DNA from: Entomortierella parvispora E1425
Lineage: Eukaryota > Fungi > Mortierellomycota
Assembly: GCA_020891255.1 (NCBI GenBank)
Contig: BQFW01000013.1
Span: forward strand, 372,001-436,000
Length of the DNA: 64,000 nucleotides
Reading direction: 5' to 3'
The position numbers were made by a program, and so were the translations under genes. The notes under the pieces were generated by a model that was not told the origin of the DNA, made no database searches, and worked only from the letters and a program-made list of their open reading frames with translations. Shown piece by piece: positions 50,485-64,000 of the stretch (position 1 is the first letter of the stretch; every line of letters starts with the position of its first letter).

Positions 50485-51458
50485 TTACTGGCGATCCAAG
50501 GGACCGACAGGGAGCTTGACAAAGGTGTGCTTGGGGACGTAGAGACCGGCGGCAGCGTTGTACCAGGCCAAGAGAGCGGTGATAATACCCAAGGCGCCTC
50601 CAATCTTGGTGGGGTAGTTGCCAGCGGCCATGTGAGCCAAGTGACCCGAGGCCAAGAACAAGAAGGTCAAAGTCAAGGTGAAGAACATGGACGACAAGGC
50701 AATGGAGGAGCGGAGGGTAGCAATCCAGAGAATGAAGGTGAAGATGCCCCAGGAGATCAAGAAGATTCCGAGCGCGTTGTCGAGAGCATGGGGGTCGACA
50801 CCCTCAGCGGTGTATCCGGGAACAACAGCGAATCCTGGGATCAAGATGGCGGCATAGGACAACCAGAAAGCACCATAGGAACTAGAAAGAATGAAAGGGA
50901 CCAAACAATGATAAGTGTTTTGGCCAACCCCCTGTCAACCCCTTTTGTTACTGATATCCAGCCAAACACACACACACAAAACACGCGTGTCCAAGAAAGA
51001 ATATGTCCTTACGTGAAAGCAGTGGCTCCAAAGTTGTTGCCGACCTTGAACTCCCACATACCAGCGAGCATCTGAGTCAGACCTCCATAAAAGACGGCCA
51101 GACCAGTAACCACACCGACGGGACCACCAGAGGGGACACCAGCACCGACGTTGAAGAGAGAGAGGACGACTAATGTAGTGCCATCACAGTAACAAAAAAT
51201 AGAAAAAAATTACGCCGATGTTAGTTCATTTCTCATGCGTACCACCCTCAGAAATACACAAAAGGAGTGTGGGGTCCGGCGCTAATGAACTCTCTGGCTT
51301 GAGAGACATTGAGCAAGGGATGAAAAGGCATTCTTACAGGTGGTCATCGCAAAGGCAGAGAGACCGAGAGGGCCGGGGTTGGCCACGGGTGCGGGAACAG
51401 ACACATAGGTCTCGCCACCCTGGTACTTGGGGTCCTTGTATTCAATTTGGTCAGACAT
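50485..51458 (-). CDS. GPR1/FUN34/YaaH (AceTr) family acetate transporter, Ady2/Ato-like
   Basis: ANPGPLGLSAFAMTT|FVLSLFN; FYGGLTQMLAGMWEFKVGNNFGATAFT|SYGAFWLS; two GT-AG introns. Confidence 0.92.
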
Positions 51459-54400
51459 GGTAGGTGTTGAGGAGTGGACTGGGGAGAGGAAGGTGGATAG
51501 GGGCAAAAAGAAAAGACAGGTGGAAATGGGATGAAGGCTAGAAGAGCGGTGAGGAAAAGAAGAAAGAAAAAAAAAGAGAAAATATGTTGCCGTTGAAGAG
51601 ACTTTTTATAGGGGGGGATGGATGGATTTTTTGTTCAAAGGTGGTCCAACAGAGGGGTACCAAGTGCACGTCCGTGGGCAGTGATCGACCGAATGTGGGC
51701 CGATGATGTGGGTGGTTGAATTGAATGGGACATGTTGTTGTTGTTACTGTTGTCAGGACAGGGGGATTAGGAGCAAAGAAAGTTGGACACGAGAAGCATC
51801 CGTCGCTCTGCTGCTGCTCCCACCTCCTGTCCATCCTGTCTGTCCTGTCCGTCCTGTCCGCCCACCCCTTTGTCGAAAAGTTGTTTTTCACCCGGATCAA
51901 ATAAAATGCTTATTGATGAGCGTTTACATTTGCGAACTGTAACGATATCCTGCGTAACCTATTTGTCAAAGGCAAATCAACAACATCTGCACTAGCAGGA
52001 AAGTAAAAGGAGACTTTCAAGTTTGAGCAATTTCGATGCTGCAGTGAAATCGAACATCCACAGTGGTCCACTTGTACCTTTTGAGCATCTCACTACCAGG
52101 GGGTAGCAATTGAAGGTCAGACAGATGCTAAGATGTATGTGCGTGTGTGTCAAAGATACGCATGTGAAGCAAACCGCCGAGGGATTCTCCCTCCAAAGGA
52201 CATCCCTTTTGGCTGGGTTGGCACTTTAGTTTTTTTTTTTTTTTTGTGGATGATGTGCAGCGACCTCGACTCAACCAACTTTCTTCCCAAATGCAGCTGC
52301 AGTATGCTCGTTGGCACAAAAATAGCCCTGCTATGGGCAAGGACCCTCTCCCCTCTTCTCCACGACAACAATGCAAAGCCCGGTGTTTGTGAAGGCCATT
52401 GTGACCACAAGGAGTCCCAAGGCTCCAGCCTTTGTTTAGTTCGGGACTTTTTTCTCCATCATCAGTGCCACAGAGTGGGTAAACTCATTCTCATTTGTTG
52501 GACAAAGTGGCAATGCCTCAAAGACGAACAAACACAAGAAGACTTGCCCCGCCTCCCTGTTCTTGCAAAGCCCTTGACTCGATAGAATCCTCCTTGTCGC
52601 CAATGGCCCGGGGACTGTTGAGCAATTGCAAACCAGAGGTCATGAGAAGCTCATGGACCCTGTGATGGCTTTCATTTCGTTGTCCTTCCAAACAAGAGGA
52701 AGGGGAAGACGCACCACCTCAAACAAAGGAGCCGTTAGGCGCCTGGTTAGCTGAATCGGAGGGTTGAAAGGCTGAATTGACCGCAAAAGTGTCCAACAAG
52801 CCAAAAAACACCTCTTTTTATTTTTGGGACTCCATTTGGAAGATGAACTTGTCCCTCTGGACACACACCATTGGTGAACTTGCAACTTGCAACGTTGCAC
52901 ACAAGAGCACCGCCGCCGGGCGTCCGTGTGTGCTCATAGACTATCTGACATTTTTTTTTTCGGTCCTTTCTGCGGCTCACCAAACAAACACAAAATACAA
53001 GTTTCATTCCCCTCTCCCGCAGGAGATGAAAGATGTGTCCGCGCGCGCGACAACAGACAGGGAGGATCCGTGGTTCATGTTCTTTCGAGCGAGGCTACCG
53101 TCTAGTCCCATTGCCACCTGCAGGGCCAGGCTGGGGAGATTACGGAAGACAGCGGGAAGGTTGAGTCTAGGCACCGCCTGCGCTCCTCCCGCGCCCTTCC
53201 CTCCTTTTCTCTTTTTTTCTTTTTCCTTCTGCGTCATGAAGCAGGCAAAGAAGTTCGAGATCTACCATCAGCCCCTCTTTCGCTGCCTAGACATCCCCCC
53301 CTTTGGGGTTCTATTCTTGGTAAAAAGGAAGTAAGGAGTGTCTAAGGGGAACCCTGCTATCTCAGAGGAGAAGGAAGGTGAAGTCTCCTTTTTACCTCTG
53401 TTTTCTCGCCCTCTCGCTCTCTTGCCCTCTCTTTCTTTCTTTCCTTTCTCTCTCTCTCTCTCCCTCTCCCTCTCTCTCTCTCCATCTCCCTCTCTCTCTC
53501 TCTCTGACCCCTCTCATGATGAGAACAAGTGTTAGATGGATGCATGCACTTGTAGGATAAACTCATTTGCCTTCATCAGTCTACTGGTATTTGACAAGAG
53601 TTGATCTTGTCGATGAACTCCCCACACAGACAGGCCCCCTGTTGCTGGACATGACCACTGCACCCAGAGGATCGGACACCCAACTCACCCACCGCCAGGA
53701 CGGAGAGGCTTCATCTTCTGCTGTTTTCCGTGGGTAGATAAGCGAACAACAGAACGTCCAGCGCGGAGTGCAAATAGCGCAAAGGGACCGATCAAACTCT
53801 CTGTCGATCAAGCTCTCTATTTTTGATGGGAGTCCTGCTTACCTGCACAGTCCCTGTCGACAGCTGAGTTTCGTTGTCGCTGCCCCTGCCTGCGTCTGCC
53901 GCTGTAATTGCGCCTTGCCGGAGTTCAAACTGGCTGAGAACAAAGATGTAGAGCGCACTCTACACGCATTCAGTACAGTACATGTACATGTATTAAATAA
54001 GGTGGACGCGACTCTTTGGCACGCCAGGCGCCGTTCGCTTTGGATAAGCAGATTGAGATTGCGAATGCCTTTGGCCCCATCGTTGCGATTCGCATCTTTT
54101 CCTTCTTTCGCATCTCTTAGTCCTCTCTCCGCCTCTTTGAGTCTCCTCTCTGCATGTAATCTTTTCATTCGGCTTCCCGCGTCTTTTCTCCAGGACACGC
54201 GCGTTACCACTAACTGAATAGGACAACACAGGGGTTATTAAGATATGCCAATTGTACCAATAGAAAATGCCCTCATTTCCCCCCTCGAACAACGACTTCC
54301 CCTTCCCAGTCAGCGAGCCTCTCAAAAAGGACTGCGCCCAGGGTTCTGCATTGGTGAACGCTTTGATTTGCTGCAAATTGAGGCCAAGTCCTTGGCGCGT

Positions 54401-54898
54401 GTTCCTAGGGGAATGCAGACTCTCCGGATGGTCCAGCCAGTTGACATTGCAGTTGTAACTCCCGGCCTCCAGTCCCTCAGTTTCACCGGCGCATCCGCTC
54501 TGTCTGTCCCCTTGCTGGCCCCATCCGGTGCCCATTTCACCCCTCGTTCTTGATCAATCACTGCTTTTGGTTCTTGCGCAACCACTCTGTTAATTGCCTG
54601 TGGCATATAAAGGATTCCTGCCATTTGGGAACGCCAAACCAAGCACATGGGATCTTGGGAGACCTGGTTTTGCACTCTTGCAGACAGATACAATAAAAAA
54701 AATGAAGAAGGCACCATCTGCCACTCCGTCCTTTTATTTCCATTTTTTTGATCTCCTTTCTTTTCTCCCCTCTTTTCTGGCTGACCACCACTTCTCTCCA
54801 TTCTTGACTCTTGTTTTGTTCATTCCGCAACTTTTCTTGACCCTCCCCTCTTACTATCTATACCACCATCTTTTTAATTGCAAAAAAACAACAAAAAG

Positions 54899-56645
54899 AT
54901 GAATTCCATTAGTACAACCCGTCTAATCAGCGATCACAAAGATGGGGAGATGGATCGGTCGTTCACTTTCGACCTTCAGCACACCGAAAAATCAGAGACA
55001 GAGAAGGACCTTGAGCGAAGGGCAGAGGCTGCCGTCATTTCTCCTTCATCTGTCGAGAACCCAAACTCCATACGACTAGATCCTGCGACCATCACACAAT
55101 TGACTCGCAAGATCGATCGACGTCTGGTGCCGCTGGTCTCTGTCCTCTACTTGTTGAGTTTTTTGGACCGTGTTAACAGTTGAGTTGAAAGACAAAGAAC
55201 GCATTGCAGATCCTTGTTCATTGACAACGGGGCAAAGGATCTGTTGTCCCCCTTGTTACTGGTCAGTTTTGCCCATCTAACCAGGGACTCTTTTTTTCTT
55301 TTTTTTTTTTTTTTTTGCTTTTGAACCATCCCTCCCACCTTCTCCGCACAAAAACACAAAAATAGTTGGCAATGCCAAGGTCGCAGGATTGGAAGGAGAT
55401 TTGCATCTCACACCTATCGAATACAACTTTGCGCTTTCCATCTTCTTTGTTGGGTAAAAAGAACAAGAGAGACGAATGGACGCGTTCTGATCCAAACGCG
55501 CTCGGACCTGATCTGGTGTTTCCTAACCTCCACTTCCTCCTCTTACTACTTTTCTTTTCTCTTCGAAAAACAACAGATATGTCTTGTTTGAGGTCCCTTC
55601 AAACATGTGCCTCAAGAGAGTGGGACCCAGGACATGGTTAGCATTGGTCATGGTCTCTTGGGGAGTGATCATGATGGCGATGGCAGCGGTCAAATCTGCA
55701 ACGGGACTCTTTGTTGCGCGATTCTTCCTAGGCGTTGCAGAATGTGGGCTCTTTCCAGGCGTGGTCTACCTGTTTTCGTTATGGTACACCAAAGATGAAC
55801 AGGCCGTGAGGAACGGCATCTTTTTTAGTACGGCCACCGTCGCTGGTGCATTTGGTGGATTGTTAGCCTGGGCGATCGCTCAGATGGAGGGTGTGCGGGG
55901 TCTTCATGGTAGGTCTTTCTGTTCTAGTCTCTCTGTCCTTTTTACTTCCTTGGTCCTTCTTTTGTGGACTAGGTGTCATCTTGCTGGGAACTGACGACAG
56001 GATTCCATGACAGTTTCAACCAAGTCCATCAGGACCATTCCATGACAACAAAAAAAATAATAATGACAACCAACGACCACAACAAAACAACACAGCCTCC
56101 CCCCGGAATGTGCACGACCTAGAACCCCACTAGTCTGACACGTGTAAGCTAACCGTCCTTTTCCCCTTTACATTTTTTTAGGATGGCAGTGGATCTTTCT
56201 CCTAGAGGGTTTACCAACTGTTCTCCTCACTGTGGTCGTTTATTGGTTCTTGCCAGACTTTCCAGATACGGCAAAGTTCTTGAACAAGGAAGAGCGTGAA
56301 TTGGCTGTGCTACGACTCAAGATTGATGCTGGACCTGCAACAAAGACTGACTTTTCTTGGAAACAGTTCAGGATGGCGTTCAAGGACTGGAAGGTCTATC
56401 TGCACATGCTGACTTATATCTGTGCCACGACTCCAATGTACTCCATTGCCTTGTTCTTGCCCAGTATCATCAACGAATTCAATCTGGAGTAAGTTTTCCG
56501 TGTATGTTTATGTATGGATAGAAGAGGTGCTAGAACCCAACTGACAAACTGCTTTGCTCCTTCTCTCGCGTCTTTTGCTGTTGCCAAATAGTCCCATCAC
56601 AACTCAAAGTAAGACAATGACGGATTGGCGTAGAACCCAACAATG

Positions 56646-56702
<57 letters not shown>

Positions 56703-57406
56703 GCAAAAAGACGGATAGCCAAGATACTCACCATTCTTGATCTTTATTCCTTCATCATTTCCAGTTGCCACTACGCCTGCCTATGTCGTCGGTGGAATCT
56801 GCACACTTTACGTGGCCTTCAGTTCGGATCGTTACAAGGAGCGTGGTCTTCATTTTGCGATACCGACCATGCTTGCCTGTCTCGGTTACTTACTCCTAAT
56901 TATCACTCGGGAAAGCTCCACGATTCTCCGTTACATGTGTTTGACCGTTGCTGTCTGTGGAAACTTTTCGGCTGTTCCCCCCATGGTAAAAAAAAAAAAA
57001 GGATGCTCAAGGGAGCAGTCGAAGAAAGAACATGTTTTTGCGTTGGGACCCGTCTAACTGGTGTGCACATTTTACTTGTGATTAGGTGAGTTGGTTCACT
57101 TCCAATATTGGCGGTCATACCAAACGTGGCGTCGCGACGGCCGCCATCATCTCCTTTGGTAATATCGGAGGCGCAGTTGGTGGACAGATTTACCGTGCTT
57201 CGGATGCCCCTAACGGCTACGTGCTAGGCCATGCCATTTGTGCCAGCGTCCTGGCATTTAGCAGTGTTATCATTCTGCTGATGAAGTATCTCCTGATCCG
57301 TGAAAACAAACGACGTGATAATCTGACGGCTGAAGAGTTTGCGCGGGAGGCCGAAGGAGGCGAAGATTTGTGCGACTGGCATCCTGCTTGGCGATACTGG
57401 ACTTGA
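54899..57406 (+). CDS. MFS anion:cation symporter family transporter (Dal5/Tna1-like)
   Basis: RKIDRRLVPLVSVLYLLSFLDRVN|IGNAK; YVLFEVPSN; RFFLGVAECGLFPG..WYTKDEQAVR; GWQWIFLLEG; FLPDFPDTAKFL; W..SNIGGHTKR; multi-exon. Confidence 0.92.
56647..56701. repeat. (AAC)n microsatellite of about 18 units inside an MFS-gene intron
   Basis: Perfect aacaacaac run is directly visible. Confidence 0.9.
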
Positions 57407-57559
57407 GAAAACATACACATTGACCATCAATTCCAGAAAAAACCCCACATTAATTATTAAAAAAAATTCATTTAAAAAAATTTTATTTGAAAATTTTGGA
57501 CAAATTGACCCTTCACAAGGCAATTTTGGGTGTTGGAAGCAAACTCAGGGAGAGCAAAT

Positions 57560-58942
57560 TTACTTCTTGGCACCGGCCTTGGCAGCAGACTTGGTAACCT
57601 TGCCACCCTTGCCATCGGTCTTCTCGACGGACTTGATGACACCGACGGCGACGGTCTGACGCATATCACGGACAGCGAAACGTCCGAGAGGGGGGTACTC
57701 CTGGAAGGACTCAACGCAGAGGGGCTTGGAGGGGATCATCTTGACGATGGCGGCATCGCCGGACTTGATGAACTTGGGGAACTCCTCCATGGCCTTACCG
57801 GTACGACGATCGATCTTCTCGAGGATCTCACCGAACTTGCAGGCAATGTGAGCGGTGTGGCAATCGAGGACGGGAGCGTATCCGTTGGAGATCTGACCAG
57901 GGTGGTTCAAGACAATAACCTGGGCGTTGAAGGAAGCAGCCTCCTTGGCGGGGTCGTTCTTGGAGTCAGAGCAGACGTTACCACGGCGAATATCCTTGAC
58001 GGAGACGTTCTTGACGTTGAATCCGACGTTGTCACCGGGAATACCCTCAGTGAGGACTTCGTGATGCATCTCGACGGACTTGACCTCAGTGGTGACACCA
58101 GCGGGGGCGAAGGTGACGACCATACCGGCCTTGATGATACCGGTCTCGACACGACCGACGGGAACTGTTCCGATACCACCGATCTTGTAGACATCCTGGA
58201 GGGGAAGACGAAGGGGCTTCTCGGTGGGACGCGATGGGGGCTCGATGGCATCGATGGCCTCCAAAAGGGTCTTACCCTTGAAGGAACCAGTCTTGGTCTC
58301 CTTGGTCCATCCCTTGAACCAGGGCATGTTGGTGGACTCCTCCAACATGTTGTCTCCGTGCCATCCGGAGATGGGGACGAAAGCAACGGACTTGGGGTTG
58401 TAACCGACCTTCTTGACGAAGGTGGAGACCTCCTTGATGATCTCCTCGAAACGGTCCTGGGACCACTTGGTGGTGTCCATCTTGTTGACGGCGACGATCA
58501 ACTGCTTGACACCGAGGGTGAAAGCGAGAAGAGCGTGCTCACGGGTCTGACCATCCTTGGAGATACCAGCCTCGAACTCACCAGTACCACCGGCAATAAT
58601 GAGAATGGCGCAATCGGCCTGGGAGGTACCAGTGATCATGTTCTTGATGAAATCACGATGTCCGGGGGCATCAATAACGGTGACGTAGTACTTGGGGGTC
58701 TCGAACTTCCAGAGAGCGATATCGATGGTGATACCACGCTCACGCTCGGCCTTGAGCTTGTCAAGAACCCAGGCGTACTTGAAGGAACCCTTTCCGAGCT
58801 CAGCGGCCTCCTTCTCGAACTTCTCAATGGTACGCTTATCGATACCACCGCACTTGTAGATCAAGTGACCAGTGGTGGTGGACTTGCCGGAATCGACGTG
58901 TCCGATAACGACGACGTTAACGTGAAGCTTCTCTTTTCCCAT
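57560..58942 (-). CDS. TEF1: Translation elongation factor 1-alpha, intronless CDS
   Basis: [37 protein letters not shown]..; full 460-aa ORF with strong codon bias. Confidence 0.99.
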   Translation of the reverse strand: MGKEKLHVNVVVIGHVDSGKSTTTGHLIYKCGGIDKRTIEKFEKEAAELGKGSFKYAWVLDKLKAERERGITIDIALWKFETPKYYVTVIDAPGHRDFIKNMITGTSQADCAILIIAGGTGEFEAGISKDGQTREHALLAFTLGVKQLIVAVNKMDTTKWSQDRFEEIIKEVSTFVKKVGYNPKSVAFVPISGWHGDNMLEESTNMPWFKGWTKETKTGSFKGKTLLEAIDAIEPPSRPTEKPLRLPLQDVYKIGGIGTVPVGRVETGIIKAGMVVTFAPAGVTTEVKSVEMHHEVLTEGIPGDNVGFNVKNVSVKDIRRGNVCSDSKNDPAKEAASFNAQVIVLNHPGQISNGYAPVLDCHTAHIACKFGEILEKIDRRTGKAMEEFPKFIKSGDAAIVKMIPSKPLCVESFQEYPPLGRFAVRDMRQTVAVGVIKSVEKTDGKGGKVTKSAAKAGAKK

Positions 58943-58943
58943 T

Positions 58944-59345
58944 CTAGAAGTGGCAGAGAGGCGCTTGTTAGGAGGGTGTTCTTAGTTCCTTGGGTGTCTT
59001 CAATCTGAAGTCTACGGGAGGGAGGCGAAAGGGGCAGAGGAAAGCTGGACGTAACAACAACAAAGGCTGGACACGCAGTAAAAAGAATTTCTCCAGTCGA
59101 TTCTTCCATGCCGAAGCCATCCTGCAGGAGTGCATCGTAGGAGCTCATTCCGCTGCGCTGCCTTGTTGTTGTGTGGTCCTTGAGATGGATGGGTACGACT
59201 CCTTTGTGGATTGATGAAGCAGATGGATGGATGGATGGAACCGGATTCAGATAGATTGCAAAATTCTTCGGCGACTTACTTGTTTAAAAGTTTCGAGTGA
59301 AAGGGTGAAAAACAGGTCTCAAGTCCAGAGGAGAAATATATACCC
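58944..59345 (-). promoter_or_regulatory. TEF1 TATA-like element and 5'-UTR intron
   Basis: Minus strand: TATATA at ~59342-59337, GTAAGT donor at 59279, CTAAC-type branch point, TAG acceptor at 58944, one base before the ATG. Confidence 0.6.
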
Positions 59346-59602
59346 CAGAGCGAGATCCACACCCCTTAATTTCTTTTTCTGTTTTCGTTCAGGGGAGCGA
59401 CGATACGCCTCCAACCCCGCGAGCTGGTTGAGAGTCTCAGCCCCCTTCTCCGCTTTCCCAACAGCGTTCTTTCCGAAGGTATGGTCAACTTACTTCTCTG
59501 ATATCTGGAAATGGCTTTTTTTTATTTGAAAGAATGATATATACGAAAGCTTCCAGTCTCGCTTAACTCGCGAACTTGTTTGTCGCCTGCTAAAGAGTCA
59601 AC

Positions 59603-60688
59603 TTATACGATGGTGGAGACGCCAGTACCTCCGGTGATGGTGCTGGAGGCTGGGGTCTGGTGACGGAGAGCGGCAATGCCATAGGAGGCAACTGCAGCAG
59701 TGAGGAACAAAGCTGGAAGGAATCGCCAAGTGTGGCCACGGCCAACGGCGACCCACATCAAGATCGCAAAGCTAAACAGAGGGGCAACAACGGGGGATCT
59801 GTTAACCGATATCCCGCGGTATGACGTACTCCTTGGATCAGGTTGCAGGTACATTGAAAGTCAGAACTTACACCAAGTATGCCACTGCGCGGAAGTATGA
59901 GTTTTGGAACTTGATCAAGAAGTTGTCGCTGTTCATGGGAGGAAAAAGAAAAGAGCTCTCGTTAGATCACCAACATCATGATCACTAACATCCATGCATT
60001 GTCCGCAACAGAGTGCTGTTTCTTACAACTTTGCGCTAGTTGGGCAGCACTAACACATAGAAATATCAAAATAAACACATAAGAAAGAATTAGCGTCATG
60101 TTCAGCCAGCTCAAACAGATGTCAAGCAGAGTCGTCCCGATGGTCCTACCTTCAAGCAGAGAGGGATCTCGATAAAGACCAAAAGGAAGGCAATGACCCT
60201 GTTCACATGTTGGAGTTTGGTATTAGTTAATAGTCCTGAAAAGCTTCTCTTTCTTCCTTTTAGCGCACGCGGGAGGTCGAGTTGTTACCATCCGATAATG
60301 GACCAGAGAGGAGTGAAGCCGAAGATGCCAAAGATGATCAGGACTACGAGTTTCGATAAACGTCAAGGAGAGTCAAGTCAGTAAAGCGCACACATAGGTC
60401 GGCTGTTTCGATCAGAAGGTCAAGCAAAGTGCATCGCCTTGCGTCGACATCATCCACTATCCAGCTACGTACGAACGATCGAAATCAGGCCACACCTACA
60501 GGGGACAATGATGGTTGAGTCGTGGAGGGTTAGTTAAGAGTTTCTTTTCCATGGGTAGCAAGAAGGTCTGGACCACGTTTCCGATGGAGCAGACACGCGA
60601 CGCGACACTGGCATCTCCATGCAAGAAATACTTGCCATTGGCCATAGAGTGAGAAGTTTCCGGATCTGAATTCGTCGATGATTGACAT
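59603..60688 (-). CDS. TVP18: Golgi membrane protein Tvp18 family (absent as a unit from the ORF track because it is split into small exons)
   Basis: Hand-spliced: MSIIDEFRSGNFSLYGQW|CGLISIV|LLIIFGIFGFTPLWSIIGW|VIAFLLVFIEIPLCLK|CCPTSAKF|DNFLIKFQNSYFRAVAYLV|FAILMWVAV..YGIAALRHQ..STIV*. NFSLYGQW, FIEIP and CPTS are Tvp18 hallmarks. Confidence 0.88.
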
Positions 60689-61554
60689 GGTTATAGTTGG
60701 TAGTGTGGGAGGGAGAAAGGAAGGGTGAGGTGGATGAAGGGAAGATTGTACGGGATGATGAGAGACAAACAGAAAGAGAAAAACGGGCGCTTGGCGGTGT
60801 CGCTTGCTTTTTTTTACCTCTTCTCTTTCTGTGTTCTCGTGCGACCACCGCAGCTGGGCTGGGCAGGGCAGTTAGAGACGTTCCCCCTGACGTGTGTGAG
60901 CGGGTGCGTGTGGCCGGGGTGCACCACCGTCCCGTCTCTCATTTACTCTGCTCTCTCACTCCACTCGAGACCGCCCCCACCGCCCATCTTCGTCGTTGTC
61001 CTTGAAGGTGGGCTGTTGTGGTTTACTGCAATTGAGTGATATCATGACCTTCCCGTTTTAGGTGCCAAGAAGTAGAGAAAGAGGCGAAGCTGCAGCTCCA
61101 CCTTGGGACAGGAATAACATGCCTCCACTTGACGCAGGCACAGACACACCTTGCCCACTGAAGGGATGATGTCCCAAGCAACTGCCCTGTGTCTGTGCCC
61201 TGTTGCTGCGTGTTTTTGACTTTTGGACCTCCATCCCAAAGATGGCACAATGGAGAAAGGTTAGACCCTTAATCGTATCGGTCGCCCCTGAATCTCATTG
61301 CAGTCACAAAGTAAACACACATGCCTTTTCTCTCTTGGAGAGAGAGAGCCTTTGACCTGCCTTGACTTGACCCACTCATTACTCCTTCGGCATTTCTCCT
61401 CTCTTCATTCTCAGACTCATTAATCCTTCGTAACTTCCCTCCCTCCTTCCTCCCATTGTCTCCTTCATCGCTCATCTACTTCAGCGGCCTCAGCACCCTT
61501 TCCTGTTCCTCTTGTATCTACCACGGTCTTCAACCTTAACAAGCACATCTCACC

Positions 61555-63824
<2,270 letters not shown>

Positions 63825-64000
63825 AACCAACACCCTGCGATACACCGTGGTCGCTTTTTGCATCATCATCATCATCATCACCTCAAATAAATCCGTGCTT
63901 CGCCCAATCCGGAGGGCCATGACTGCTCAAAAAGGCACCCAAAAAAAAATTATTCATCTTTTTTAAAAAAAATTGTCAGCACGAATTGATCTGACCCCAA

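Noticed and set aside
55480-55530. ACCTGATCTGG in an MFS intron resembling part of a TPP riboswitch
   Set aside because: It lacks the upstream GCTGAGA and the downstream ATAATxCCxGCGxAGG elements, so the aptamer cannot be built.
57530-59008. 492-aa + strand ORF antisense to TEF1
   Set aside because: It mirrors the TEF1 codons in register. Strong codon bias in highly expressed genes removes antisense stops, and it has no independent protein features.

Overview
Eukaryotic, intron-rich fungal genomic DNA. The EF-1alpha/EF-2 sequence, polyQ-rich proteins and microsatellite-rich intergenic DNA fit an early-diverging fungus, most likely Mortierellaceae; this placement is an inference. I reconstructed 17 protein-coding genes, joining exons by hand where spliced: a partial ankyrin-type/winged-helix protein, SKN7, INSIG, COG1, a mitochondrial carrier, an orphan Q/M/Y-rich protein, TAF5, SIW14, a membrane-anchored bZIP, EF-2, a Rua1-domain protein, RAD9 (9-1-1), an ADY2/ATO transporter, a DAL5/TNA1-family MFS transporter, EF-1alpha, TVP18 and SRPK/SKY1. 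I found no tRNA, rRNA, CRISPR array or recognisable transposon. The main finding is the bZIP at 35306-38121, which has the full ATF6 architecture (bZIP, TM, candidate S2P/S1P sites, ATF6-like luminal motifs), although the ATF6 branch of the UPR is usually described as absent from fungi. Other leads are a SMARCB1-type winged-helix motif in an ankyrin-type protein, a hidden cassette or alternative first exon in a 1.56-kb EF-2 intron, two GC-AG introns and several microexons. All homology calls come from recalled family motifs; no database search was run.
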